This document shows, one piece after another, positions 26,166 to 39,658 of a stretch of DNA of 64,000 bases. The first letter of the stretch is position 1; the number at the start of each line of letters is the position of its first letter. The DNA is from Priapulus caudatus (lineage: Eukaryota): NCBI RefSeq assembly GCF_000485595.1, contig NW_014577071.1, positions 324,224 to 388,223 of the forward strand. Reading direction: 5' to 3'. Both the position numbers and the translations under genes were made by a program. A model generated the notes under the pieces. That model saw only the letters and a program-made list of their open reading frames with translations, searched no databases and was not told where the DNA came from.

Positions 26166-29100
26166 ACATGTGCATGCGGTGCGTGCGGTTCACGCGGTAT
26201 GTTCTTTGCGAGGGACGCCGAGTGAACGTGTGCGTGTAGTGGCATGTTCCTTGCTCAGTGGGAGGGACGCTGGACCGTTCGTTCGATTGTTCGAGAGCGC
26301 TCGTGCGGACGGGATGTACATACGCTGCGTCGTCGGAACGCCGACGTCGGGACGTGAGGGGACGTTATCGCGGACGTCGCATTGAGCCCGCAGACGCATC
26401 GAACGCCGAAAAACAGTGTGAGCGTCGCTCGCTCGATCGCGGCGCGGAGTCGGGAGCCGGACACTTCTCTTGCGTCGAAGTTTTGCGAAGGACGGAGACG
26501 GACGCTGGCGTCGCACGCGCAGCGGTACGACCGAAGCTTGCTGGACAAATGTGTGCGAGCGGGCCGGCGCGGCGAGTGGAATCGTCGTCGCCAGAGGGGA
26601 GCACCTGGCATGCTGCTGCCTCCGAAGATCGCTTTACCGGCTCTGTCGTGCACCAGGCGTGCGCGGTTACCGTCGTGGTGCACATCTCGAGGGAGAAGGA
26701 TGCGCGTGAGTGGCACAAGAATGACCACGAATATAAGCAGGAGGCTGCGAAAGATTTAAAAAAAAACTGTGAAAGCGCCAGTTTGTCGAGGAAAATTGGT
26801 CTATTTTCTTTTTTTGTTCACGCTGAGACTGGTCTGTGATACATGCTACTGTTTCTCAGTGTTGTCTGTGCCACTGTTGCGACTGGAACTTGGGGGGCGG
26901 GAGTCGTGTGTGGGGGGCGGGAGTCGTGTGTGGTGGGTGGGAGTTGAGTGTGGTGGGTGGGAGTTGAGTGTGGGGGGAGGGGTGCTGTCTTGGGCAGCCG
27001 TTTGTGCACAAGATGTGTAACAAAATCGTGTATTGAGAACGGCCATAAACCAAAGTTGGCTCTTGTCTGAACTAATGTTTTTGCAGTTCAAGGGTTCCCA
27101 CCGTTTCTGGATCTCGGAAGAATTCCAGAAATTTCTAAGTGTTAACCAACTGTGTATATTTCTCATTATAATGAATCCTATCATTAAGCAGAATTTATAT
27201 GTAAAGTTAATATTTTAGCTATTCATGTGCCAGTATAATATTATCTTAAACTAAAATTTGTTCAATAGATGTGAAACCCCATCTATTGGCATAAATAAAA
27301 ATGACGGAAGGCAGCCATGAACCTCTACTGTAATAATAACATAAAATACTGTAGAAAATTGTTTCTTTTTAATCAGAACACTTTCATTTTTAAATGGCTT
27401 GATGCTTTCTATGTAAAGTGAACTGTTGTAATGTTAACTAATACCTTAACACCTATGTGCTAGATTGAGTATTTTTGGCTATTATGTATAATCAGAGAAT
27501 CCTGAACCTTTTGATCAGTTAAAGGATTTTTCTGCTTTACATTTTCATATAACTGATCTGAAAGTAAAGGGCCTAATTATTTTTTTCTCACCATCTGAGA
27601 TAGTGAGGTGCTTTTACATGGCTTGGAGGGAACCCTATAATTGCTATACTAGAGGCCACAATTATGTCATGTTATTATAGGTTATACCTTTATGTACAGG
27701 TAGTAAAAATGTTTATTTTGTAAAATAGAATTACCTTAGAGAGCAGATATTTTTCGTATAACCTTGTGCTGATATAAAACGTGGGGTGCGCCATGTTGTC
27801 ATGTTATAATATTACTAGAGTGCTAACAAGTAGTTTGTGCACTCCAGTATGGTGTCTTTGTAGGTGTAACTCAATCGAAAATTGATATTGCATTGCCTGA
27901 AGGACGCATGAAAAGTAAAGGTTGTTCATTGCAATAAAAATGCATTATCTGTACCCTTAAAGCTGGGAGTGTCCCCATTACGAATCTTCGACAAGGAATC
28001 GCTTCCTATTCTTCTGTGCCCGCCCATTCATGCTCGAAATTAGTTGGCCCTGTTCAGCACTTTTCTGTTATGTTATTTGTTGGTTTTTGGTGGCTATTCT
28101 GGGTATTCTGCCCTAGAAAAAAAAGTTATTATTTATGAAGGTAAAGGTTACAGGGCCCCTCTGAAATGTAGCTCTGCATGCCAGTGTAGAGAACTGATTG
28201 AGTCTAGCAAGGAATCTAGAATCATCTATATCCATAAACGTCTCTGCTAATAACCTGGGGTGTTACTGTTAACAGATTATATTTTATACGGGAACGTAGT
28301 GTTTATACGCGTAAATATTCTGTATTGGCGGACTTTCTCAACGCTATGCGGACGTCACGACGTAAACACGTGTCAGTGATTATAGTATGTTAGTTCTGCC
28401 TTTCCCGATATGTCGCAATGTGAACGAAGGAAAGACGGTGGGCAAGTAATCTCAAATTCTGCACTCATTACAATGTCAGGCTGGGCTTAAGATATTATTA
28501 TATTGATAAAGATTATTCGACATATTTTTCTCGATATCGTGAACATTACATAATGAAGTGGCTTTCAGTTCGTATTGAAATTTTATCTCGCGCTGATTTT
28601 TGAGTAAAATGTCAATATGAAATATTCTGTAACATAGTTCTTTGTCATTATACATATATATATACATATTGTTTATATCACAGCATTGTTGTCCTATAAT
28701 ACGGACGTCAGAAACGCATTTTGTGATGAAGTGAGGAGCTGTTACAAAATAAAATAAAATGTGTACTTTTATTTCAATATGACCTATATGTGCTCATTTT
28801 ATTAATTTATTTATTTGTCGCACATTGAATATGTTACATCTAACATAACTGCAACCTTATTATGGCATAAATTATGTGTTTGACACAATCAAATATCAAA
28901 CACACATGTGTTTGATATGTGTTTGACTATCTACAATACGTCTAAGCATTGCAAAACATCGCCATTGTTTAGAATTTCTTCTGCGCTTGATTATAATGGT
29001 GGTGCAACCATTTGCACAACAACGAGTCGATTCAGTGAGGGTACTGTATTGTAATAGAAATCGCTATTAATTACAGTCTTTTCTGATGTAACCCAAATCA

Positions 29101-29521
29101 AAGCTGCCAATTTACGTGTCCTATTGTGTGTATGTGTGTGCGTGCATGCGCGCGCGCGTGCGTGCGTGCGGGCGGGCGGCGTGTGCGCGTGCGGGTGCTT
29201 GTGTGCTTGCGCGCGTGCGGCTTTTTTTCATTGGTTGCGGGCATGATGAAAGCTAGTGTGTTTCTCTGCTGCAGTCGGTGATTTGGGGACTGCTTATTAG
29301 AGCACGCTTTCTGACAAAATTACCGGAAGCAAACGTTCTGTGTATACGACACAATTATATAGCCGTACCTATGCTTTCGTTCAGGCAGTAAATTTACATA
29401 GATGACATGCACCTGCAAATATAATAATTGGCATTCCCCTCCGCCGCCTCAGAGTCAAGTATATTCAGTGAAGAGAGGTTGAGAGAACACACCCTCGCTC
29501 TTTTATATCTCTGCATTAAAT

Positions 29522-29566
29522 CAAGAGCTAATAATACCTTATTATTAGTAGTGTTATTAGCTCTTA
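29522..29566. mobile_element. 45-bp hairpin micro-element with 7-bp TSD
   Basis: CAAGAGCTAATAATAC...GTGTTATTAGCTCTTA flanked by ATTAAAT. Confidence 0.7.
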
Positions 29567-29980
29567 ATTAAATTTATCCCACAACGCGCAAAGCGTACCT
29601 CCTTTACTGCGCACTTATTATGCGTGTTTCACAGAGCAATACACGTTTTTGCGTCACCTGTAACACGGAACTGAAGAGATCATGGGGGTTCATGGCACTT
29701 CGTATAATTTTAATATAGGTCTGGCCATATATTAACAGACCGATGAAATATATTATTATTATACCTGATTAGTATAGGATATCGGTTGTTGGATTAGACC
29801 GAGACTCGTTTTGTGCGCCTATGGCACCGTGAAAAATACGAGTGATAGATTATAAGTGGCAATATACCGATTTTCGCTTATTTGTTTCCGAATGCAGTAA
29901 TACTACATGTATAGCATTTAGTTCGATTTTTTTTATTTGAAGTACAGCGTAGAAGCGCTGGTAAACCGTAGCAATAAAAT

Positions 29981-30010
29981 CAGGAGTTTATCAATATTGA
30001 TAGACTCCTG
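29981..30010. mobile_element. 30-bp palindromic micro-element with 7-bp TSD
   Basis: CAGGAGTTTATCAATATTGATAGACTCCTG flanked by ATAAAAT. Confidence 0.75.
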
Positions 30011-30502
30011 ATAAAATGTACTAAAATGTGATTACTTAGTGACACATTGTCGTTACTACAGTGTATAACCTAAGCAAAGCACTGTTTATCAGGGTAAACT
30101 GTGATACGATAGCTGTTCCTCGTCTTCGACATAGTACCCTTTACTCTGAAGACCAATCATGATGGGGTAATGAGGTAACTTACCGTTTAGCATATGATAG
30201 CGGCTATCGTATCTGAATAAGCCGAACAGACGATCTTGGATTTCGCAACGTGGATGACGTCACAACTGGCGCATGCGTAGATGATTCTGGTGACACGTGC
30301 GCGATAGTTACTGTATTTCGATGATGGCTCCTGTTTGTTTTGGTAAGTTAATTACTAGAGCATTCGTTCGCACGAACTTACACGGACTCACGGAGATGTA
30401 TATAATGTCCCCTGCTTTTTCTCACACCTCGGTTCACTCTTGTATGACAATCGAACGCGCGTTTCACGCTCTCATTGTTTGTGGTTGCGCTCGCTCTGAG
30501 AT

Positions 30503-30605
30503 GTAACTATGGTAACCGTAATGTTGTCGCTACCATAATAATAATTATGGTCGCTACGATCACTGGCATTGTCCATGGCAACAGTTATATGATTACCATG
30601 GGAAA
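30503..30605 (+). promoter_or_regulatory. Cluster of RFX X-box-like motifs in the putative ARMC3 promoter
   Basis: GTAACTATGGTAAC (30503-30516), TTGTCCATGGCAAC (30569-30582) and a weaker ATTACCATGGGAAA (~30592-30605), upstream of a consensus donor at 30710 (probable non-coding exon). TGACGTCA and GCGCATGCG lie near 30255-30277. Confidence 0.65.
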
Positions 30606-31038
30606 ATATGGTAGACTCTTTGGACGTAGGAGCTTTGTTAGTAAGCGCTCATGAGAGTGAGACTTAGCATTGGTTGGCTCACTGATAATGTTGGCAAGTA
30701 ACAGGTTGAGTAAGTTTTTCTTTATGTTTATTCGCATGCAATTAGAATTTATTTACATTATTACAATTTGTATTAAAATTCGTCGCACGTGCTAAATTCT
30801 ATGAGTAAATATTTCCCAACTCACTGCTGTGCCACGTACAAGTGTATTAATTTTGTACAAATCAATGCATATGCAAATCACGGCATCCTAAACCCGTTGA
30901 GTCTTCAGTGTTGCATCTCGAACCTGTTTGCGAAATGATGTGATTACATTTACAAATTCTCCAGCTGTTTCTCTTGGGGCTCATTAGGTGAAGTCATAAG
31001 GTGAGGTCATTAGGTGAAGTCATAAGGTATTCATCAGG

Positions 31039-34000
31039 ATGGGTCCAAAAAGACAAGGAAAGAATGAAGCCAAGTCACCATCGCTTGATATGGTACATTT
31101 CACAGTTAGATGAAGAGAGTCAATAATGAATATCTACTCCATTATAGTCTGCATAGTGACTATACTGCATATACTATACTAGTAAACCCATTAAATTTTA
31201 TGTAGGAAAGTGCAAAATTTTGTTTTGTATCCACTATAGGTATAATATTTACTATTGTACGATTTGATAATAAAAGCTTACATTTTTAGTTTGATCCTGT
31301 TATACTGGAAAGTAAAACAGCAGGAACGGCTGTGTTGATGCTAAAAAGTGATGAGCAAGATATTCTGGTCAAAGTCTGTTTTTCCCTGTACAAATATGCA
31401 GAGAAATGTAAGTCTTGAATCACATGTACTTTGCAATATATATTCTTTGTATTTATAATTTAACAGTGTCACTGTCCCCTTCAAATGCCCATTTTAATAG
31501 TTTTTCAAGTACCTAATTGGTTAGTTATTTACTGTATATGATGCCCCTTTCATTTACAGGTGATACTAACAAGGATGACCTGGTCAAGCTAGGTGCAGTC
31601 GAACCTGTCTTTCGTTTAGTGCAGCATGAAGATAGGTCTGTAAAGACTCATGCCTGCATGGTCCTGGGACTGCTTTCGTCGAACTCGCAGGCTCGGGCGA
31701 TGTGCCGTAAACTGAACTGTGTTCCTGTGATCTCTGCTTTACTAAATCCACAAGGTTAAATATTGTACTCTAATTTGACTTGAATAGATTCTGTCCATGT
31801 GCATCCATGGTAGAGCTGCAATGCCATCATGCTTCTGCAGAATCAGGAAAATTTGCAGCATTAAGCTAGCGTGAATATGTGAATTAAATTTCATTATATT
31901 CATAGATCTATGGTTTTACTAAACCTTCGTTATAAGCCAAAGGCTAATATTGCATTGCTCATATATGTATATATGATACAAGAGTATAATATTAATTATC
32001 TTTAGTTAGTATCAGTTGTAATTTTAATGTGTAATCTGCATCATTTTTTTCTTTTTCTTGATTGCAGAGGATGTCTTGGTGCATGAGTTTGCAACTCTGT
32101 GTATGATGAATATGGCTAAAGATTACAGTGGAAAGACACAACTTCAGTCAGAAGATGTGCTTCAGCCTTTGGTCACTATGATCGAATCATCAGATCCAGA
32201 TGTGCAGAAGAATTCTGCAGAATGCATTGCTCTTCTCCTACAAGATTTTGCTGCAATATCACTAGTCAGGTCCGTATCATTATTGATTACAGTGCGTTCC
32301 AGCAATGTTTCCCATTATGATTTGAACTTCTAACTGAATATATTATTACTGAGTGGGTAATAGCTGTTATATTTCCTGTCACAGTTTATGACCTTCCTGA
32401 ATCTCTGCATATGTAGATAGGTTCAGGTGTTTAAGCTTTTGAACTGCCATTGCATGTAATAATGTATCCAAGATGTTTATGATAACTGCAGCATACAGAT
32501 CAATAGGCAATGTATATTTACAGAGATCTCGGAGCTATTCAACATTTGCTAGCTCTCATCCAGTCAGAATACCCTGTCATACAGGACGTGGCCCTTTTAG
32601 CTCTTGTACAAATCACCAACGATTGTAAGTCGCTTTTAAATTAGGCAACCATGTAAATATATAGACATATGGAAATATATGTTATGGAAAACCAATTTAA
32701 AAAAAGATTTTTCCATTTATGCATCATTGCAACAATATCAACAACATTTAACATATTTATTTAGTTTAAACTCTACTGGTGGCTCAAAGTAAGTCTTATC
32801 TAATATTCAATAAGACCTGCTATTCTATGTACGTATCAAGTTGAGAGCCGCAACGAGCTCAAACAACAAGGAGGCATCGAGAAACTTCTACAGTTTATCC
32901 GGAATAACATCAGCAATGAGCTCACATCTCTAGCTTTGCACATACTTGCAAACTGTCTGACTAACATAGAGTGCACAGAGGAACTGACACAGTGCCGAGG
33001 TTTCGAGACTCTGCTGCAAGCGGCTAGTGAGAGTACTCTGAATCAGGTGTGCTATTCCTTCTGCTTGCTGCTTTTCCTTCTGCAAATGCAACATACATGT
33101 ATAAAGGCTCTGGTTATCGACATGCCAGTGGCTGAAGTAACATCAGGCGTGTCATAATCATAGAAATATAGAGAGACACTAGTCTAACTAGTATCCAAGG
33201 GCGTAGCCAGGAATTTGGATTGGGGGGGTCCTCGAGCGAGTAACAAGGGGTCTGGTGGTCTGAAATTTTTTTTTGAGTTAAATGTAAAAATAGTGCTTTA
33301 AAATCAATTTAGACACTGTAATTGTAATTGTAATTTCTTAACGAGGCCAGGATTAGGCTATAATTTTTTTTGGATTTCGATTTTGATTGGGTGGGGGGTT
33401 GATTGGGGGTTCCTAGGGCCCCCCCTGGCTACGCGCTTGCTAGTATCTTATTTCTATGGTCATAATATAGACTTGATTATATTGCCAATATAGAACATAG
33501 ATAGATGTCGATATTATGCCACTCCTGGTAATATCAGAATTGTTTCGTTTCGTAACGAAATGCTATACTTACCAGCACGCGAACAAAGCTAACTATATCC
33601 ACATCCAAATAACTATCATATGTCTCTATTACAGGTCAAGCAGCAGGCGGCTGTGGCAATTGGCAGGTTCTTCACTCATCCAGAGCAAAAGAAACAATGC
33701 CCGGAGATGAATGTTGAAAAGGCGAGTGTAGTCTTTGCCATTTTTCCCAATGCACCCGCACACAATGCACTAAACAATTGCACATATCAATGTACAAATC
33801 GCACGCTACGAATTCACAGTCGTCAACGTTGCATTGGCTTTGCGTATCGCTTTACACCTAGCGTTCTGTCGTAGGTGCTGGTAGGGATGCTCAGTATTGA
33901 TCACGCTGGACTGCAAGCTGCAGCTGCCGAAACCCTCTCCATAGTCGCGGAGCTTCCGTCCTGCCGAGAAGTAATATGCGACTCTGACGGTAAGTGACTT

Positions 34001-35350
34001 ATTAAGCGGAGAAGAGTAAATGTAAGATGTTAAACAAAATGAACCGAACGAAGATTTCGTGAATGTAAGTCGTTATTGGCACGTTAATTGCCAGGTGTTA
34101 ATTGCATGTTATTTGCATGTTAATTGCAAGGTGTTCGCCTGGCTGTACATTTACTGGAGAGTGAAGATGCCGTCGTGCGGAAATATGCGCTGTTAGTTCT
34201 TGCCACGATGACGCGTGACAGTCATGACATCTCTGCTCAAGTGTCACATGAAGGAGGGATCGAACCGTTGGTAATTACTAATTACTAATATAAAGTTGTC
34301 ATCGACCCTTTTCTTACGGGTTAATTGCAGAATTAAGCAAGTATAGCCATTTTTAATTAATAGCATGCATATAAAACCCATACGTGATATATGTGTAATT
34401 GATTCTTTTGCTCTATGCCTATGGCTGTTTATGGCAGTTGAGCAATTTTATTGTACGTAGTTCATTTCCTTTTTTAATTTAGGTCACACTTCTTGCCGAT
34501 GGAATTCCAGATGTTATGATAAATGCAGCAGGAGTTTTGACAAACCTCATAACTGACAATAGCCTGCGTGCTGAGATTTTGCAGTCCAGAGCCATCAGCA
34601 TACTTCTAGAGCCACTGAAATCTGGGTAACGATTCCAGTCGGATTAACTGAAGGCTTACTCCATTAGGAGTTATACCAACTCTAATGTCATTAATGGTCA
34701 TAATAACACATATATATATATGGTCATGGTCATATATTAGTTTGTGGTTTAATGTTATTTAGGTTAGAGTTAGGGTTAGGGTTAGGATTATCAATCATTA
34801 ATCATTAATCATTAATCATTAATCATTAATCATTAATGATATCAAAGTTGGGAACACTACCAATGGAGCGTTTTCCTGAATCCAGTGCAGAAAGCCAACC
34901 TGTTATTAGGAAAGCTTTTTTTCTCTGAATTTGTTTATTTATCACATTCAATTTATCCACAATTTGAATTCTCCATGTGTATCATGGTTTCCCACCTAGC
35001 AAAAATGGAGGAAAGATGTTAAGTAAAAGACCAACTAACGTAATTTTGAAAGGATTAGTATAGTATTTTAGCCATGATTATGTTATAGTAAGGATTTTCT
35101 GCACAAATGGTTTTTCGCATTTCATTTTAGAAATCCACAACTGCAGATCCATGCGTCACTGTTAGTTTGTGCTTTGGCGACAGATGGGGAAGCTAGGCTT
35201 GAGGTATAGGCCTACTGTGGCCGTAAATAGGCTTCGACTTGATATTGCATCTTTGCATGTTTCTAGCACAGCACTTTGATAAATCAAGCTAGGTTTTTGC
35301 CATTTATCAACGATTTGTATGCATAATAATAACAATAATTATGACGATCA

Positions 35351-35406
<56 letters not shown>

Positions 35407-35461
35407 CATGATGATGATGATGATAATAATAATGATGATGTTGATGATGATGATGATGATG

Positions 35462-35501
<40 letters not shown>

Positions 35502-36375
35502 TAACATCAGCATCACCATCTTTCCCTGTGTTCTGAATGGTATTTGGAAGGTAATCGTCACAGGACTTCTCTGTAACAGTTACAAACATCTGGAGCCGTA
35601 GAAGCTCTTGTAGAACTTCTTCGATCTTATAGCGAGGAGGTGCGACGCACTGCATGCTGGGCAGTCGCGATTTGTGCAGCGGACACGAGCACGGCAATTG
35701 AATTGATCAAACATGGGTGAGTGTCTCGGTCGTGGTACGTGACCAGTGGTAGTTGTGCTCCATTGTGTAGCCTGTCGATAAGCATAATTAATTTTAGGAG
35801 TAGTTTACATAGCAGACCGCCTCGTATGTGGAAGGTCGGGGGTTCAACTCCCCGTCGGGTCATACCAAAGACTTGAAAAATGGTACACGCGGCTTCTCTG
35901 CTTATAGAGAAAATAATCTTCAGCAAATAGAGATAGACTAAGAGTGTGGCAAGTTAACTCGCAGTGCTACAGTGGACTAACCCCCTACTGTAGCATTTAC
36001 TGTGAAAGCAGCTGCGGGGCCTCAGGGTTACAGAAGCGGAGATAGGCACCGCCCTATGCGCCTGTAGGGTCATGATCCGCTATGTGTCCCGGTACTTATG
36101 TGTCCCGGTACTCGTATCATAGGCGCGGGAAGGATTTAACTTACATAGCAGTGGTCGCATGTGAATGCAGTCATTATTATTCCATTTGTACTTGTTACGT
36201 ACTGAGAGAGAGAGAGATCTGGTTATCCACCTTGAGTATGATCTCAAAGTCATTTGGAATATTTATATTCCTAGACATGTTCATGCCAATCATATTGCTC
36301 AGGAGAAAGGATGGGTGAGACAGGAAGAAAGACGGAGAAGCAGCGCGAGACACACACAGAGAGAGAGAGAGAAGT

Positions 36376-36427
<52 letters not shown>

Positions 36428-37632
36428 AGTGAGAGAGAGGAGGGTGAGAGAAAGGAGAGGGAGAGGAAGAGACAGGGGCCGGAGAGAGGGTGAGATAAAT
36501 GTGAAGAAAGTGATTGTGTCACAAAATTTATATGAGTTCAACTTCATACTACAGGGCACTGGAGCTGCTGCAGGAATTATGCTTGTTATTGACAGGAGAA
36601 ATATAGTTTCGCTGAGGTAGCTCTAGAGACTCTGCTGAACAACAATTGCCTGCAAAATACAGTTTAAAAGGTGGACGGAACTATGGCAATCATAGTTTGC
36701 TTCGCACAAACCGTATTCTTGTATTAACTAATNNNNNNNNNNNNNNNNNNNNNNNNNGTGTAATGATTCTTTTTGTCTATGCCTTATGGCTGTTTATGGC
36801 AGTTTGAGCTCAAGTTTTATTGTACTAGTTCATTTTCTTCATTTTTTAATTTAGGTCACACGCTTTTCTTGCCGAGGATTCCAGATGTTCTATGCATAAA
36901 TGCAGCAGGAAGTTTTGACAGAACCTATAACTGACAATTAGCCTGCCGTGCTGAGGATTTGTGGCAGTCAGAGCCGAGGTGCGATACTTCTAGAGCCTGA
37001 GATCTGGGACGGGATTCAGTCGGATTACCTGAGGCTTGAATCCAAGTGCAGAAGAGCCAACCTGTTATTAGAAAGCTTTTTTTCTCTGATTTGTTATTTA
37101 TCACATTCAATTTATCCACAATTTGAATTCTCCATGTGTATCATGGTTCCCCACCTAGCAAAATGGAGGAAAGATGTTAAGTAAAGACCAACTAACCGTA
37201 ATTTTGAAAGGTTAGGTATAGTATTTTAGCCTGATTATGTTATAGTAAGGATTTTCTGCACAAATGGTGTTTTCGATTTCATTTTAGGAATACCACAGAC
37301 TGCAGATCCATGGTCACTGTTAGTTTGTGCTTTGGCGGACAGATGGGGAAGCTAGGCTTGAGGTATAGGCCTACGTTGGCGTGAAATAGGCTCGACTTGA
37401 TATGGCATCTTTGCATGTTTCTAGCACAGCACTTTGATAAATCAACGCTAGGTTTTTGCCATTTATATTAAACGATTTGTTTTAATTAATTAACGATTTG
37501 TATGCATAATAAAACAATAATTATGGCGATCAATGATGATTGATATGATGATGATGCATGATTAGGCATGATTATGATGAGGATGATTATGATGATGATC
37601 ATAATTTGATGATGTTGGTGATGATGATGATG

Positions 37633-37664
<32 letters not shown>

Positions 37665-39620
37665 TAATAATAATAAAAATAACATCGTCACCCATCTTTC
37701 CCTGTGTTGCTGAATGGTATTTTGGAAATATGATTTGTCACAGGACTTCTCTGTAACAGTTACAAAATCTGGAGCGCGTAGAAGCTCTTGCTTTGAGAAC
37801 TCTTCGATCTTATAGCGAGGAGGTGCGGACGCACTGCATGCCTGGGCAGTCGCGATTTGTGAAGCGGACACGAGCACGGCAATTGAATTGATCAACATGG
37901 TGAGTGTCTCGGTCGTGGTACGTGACCAGTAGTGTAGTCGTGCTCATTGTTGTAGCCTGTCAAGAAAGCAATTTTAGGAGTAGTTTACTATGCAGACCGC
38001 TCGTATGTGGGAGGTCGGGGCGTTCACTCCCGGCCGGTCATACCAAGAACTTGAAAAATGGTACACCGCTTCTCTGCTTATAGAGAAAATAATCTCAGCA
38101 AATAAGAGATTTAGAGTGTGGGCAGTTAACTCGCAGTTGCTACAGTGGACTAACCCTACTGTAGCATTTACTGTGAAAGCAGCTGGGGCCTCTGGGTTAC
38201 AGAAACGGAAGATAGAGCACCGCCCTATGCGCCTGTAGCTATACGCTATGGTATAAAGGCGCGGGAAGGATTTAACTTACATGCAGTGGTCGCATGTGAA
38301 TGCAGTCTTATTATTCCATTTGTACTTGTTAGCTACTTGAGAGAGCAGATCTGGTTACCCACCTTGAGTATGATCTCGAAAGGTCCATTCTGACATATTA
38401 TATATTCTAGACATGTTCGATGGCATCATAATTGCTCAGGAGAAGACGCTGGGTGAACAGGACCAGAACAGACGGAGAAGCGCGCGAGACACACACGAGC
38501 AGAGAGAGAGAAGAGAGGGGGGGGGGTGAGAGGAGAGAGAGAGCAGAGAGAGGAGAGAGAGAGAGAGAGAGAAGAGAGTGAGAGAGAGGAGGGTGAGAGA
38601 AAGGGAGAGGGAGAGGAAAGAGACAGGGGCCGGAGAGAGGGTGAGATGAAATGTGAGAAAGTGTTATTGTGTCACAAAATTTATATGAGTTCACTTCTAC
38701 TCACCATGGCGCACTGGAGACTGCTGCAGGAATTATGCTTGGTTATTGCCAAGGAGAAAATATTTTCGCTGATGTAGCTCTAGAGACGCTGTCGGGGAAC
38801 AACAATGCCTGCAAATACAGTTTAAAGGTGGCACGGAACTATGGCAATCATAGTTTGCATTGCAAAACCGTATTCTTGTTATTAACTAATGGGTTTTGAT
38901 TTTATGCTTCTGCATCATAGGTAAATGATGAATTCATGCTACGTTAGATGCTTTACATTGTCACTAAACAGGATTGCTTTTAACTGTACTTTGTAATCAC
39001 TTGTCAGAACAATTTTACTTGAATTTAATGAAGGTTTTGAGATATGGGCCGAGGCAGTGACATTAACGCTTTTGTATATCTGTCACGATACTTTGGCTAC
39101 ACATTTTAGGGGCACTAATGCTTTTACTCACTCTTAGAAAAATCTTACATGAATTAAAGATTTCATTATTAATGGCATGCCAGTGCCAATAATGCTGTGC
39201 TAATATCTATCTCTTTTTTTGCTACATTTTTTAGGAGCACTGTCGCTACGGATGTCGTTGCTGGAATGGTTTTCTATGACGCAGGTGGCAGAAAAAAGCA
39301 GGCGTAAGGTTGCTGCTGCTTGGCAGAGTTGGATTAACAACCAAGCAGGTCAGCGATCGGGCTGCCCGTTCGTCGTTTATAAACTTGGCAAATTGCAGAG
39401 TAAGCTTACGGCTGATGACTTAGCGACAAGGGCGTAGCCAGGGGAATTTGGATTGGGGGGTCCTCTGAGACGAGTAACAAGGGGGTCTGGTGGTCTGAAT
39501 TTTTTTTTTTATTTAAAGGCTAAAAAGTAGTGCCTGTTAAAATTCAATTGTAGACGCTGTTTTGTTTGACAATACTATTTTCTTCTGCAAGTTCTACACG
39601 AGCTCTAGCTCTCTAAACAC

Positions 39621-39658
<38 letters not shown>

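Noticed and set aside
26255..26839. Overlapping 110-190 aa ORFs
   Set aside because: GC-rich Ets 3' UTR with few stops; no recognisable protein.
34091..34130. Alternative upstream acceptor for an ARMC3 exon (ccag|gtgtta)
   Set aside because: Adds an in-frame TAA; part of a small tandem repeat.
35820..35870. tRNA gene
   Set aside because: Only box-B-like sequence, no full cloverleaf; better read as a SINE head. Same for ggttcgaacc at ~40453.
36758..39420. ARMC3 pseudogene paralogue
   Set aside because: Differences are mostly 1-nt indels spread over exons and introns next to an N-gap, the pattern of raw long-read error.
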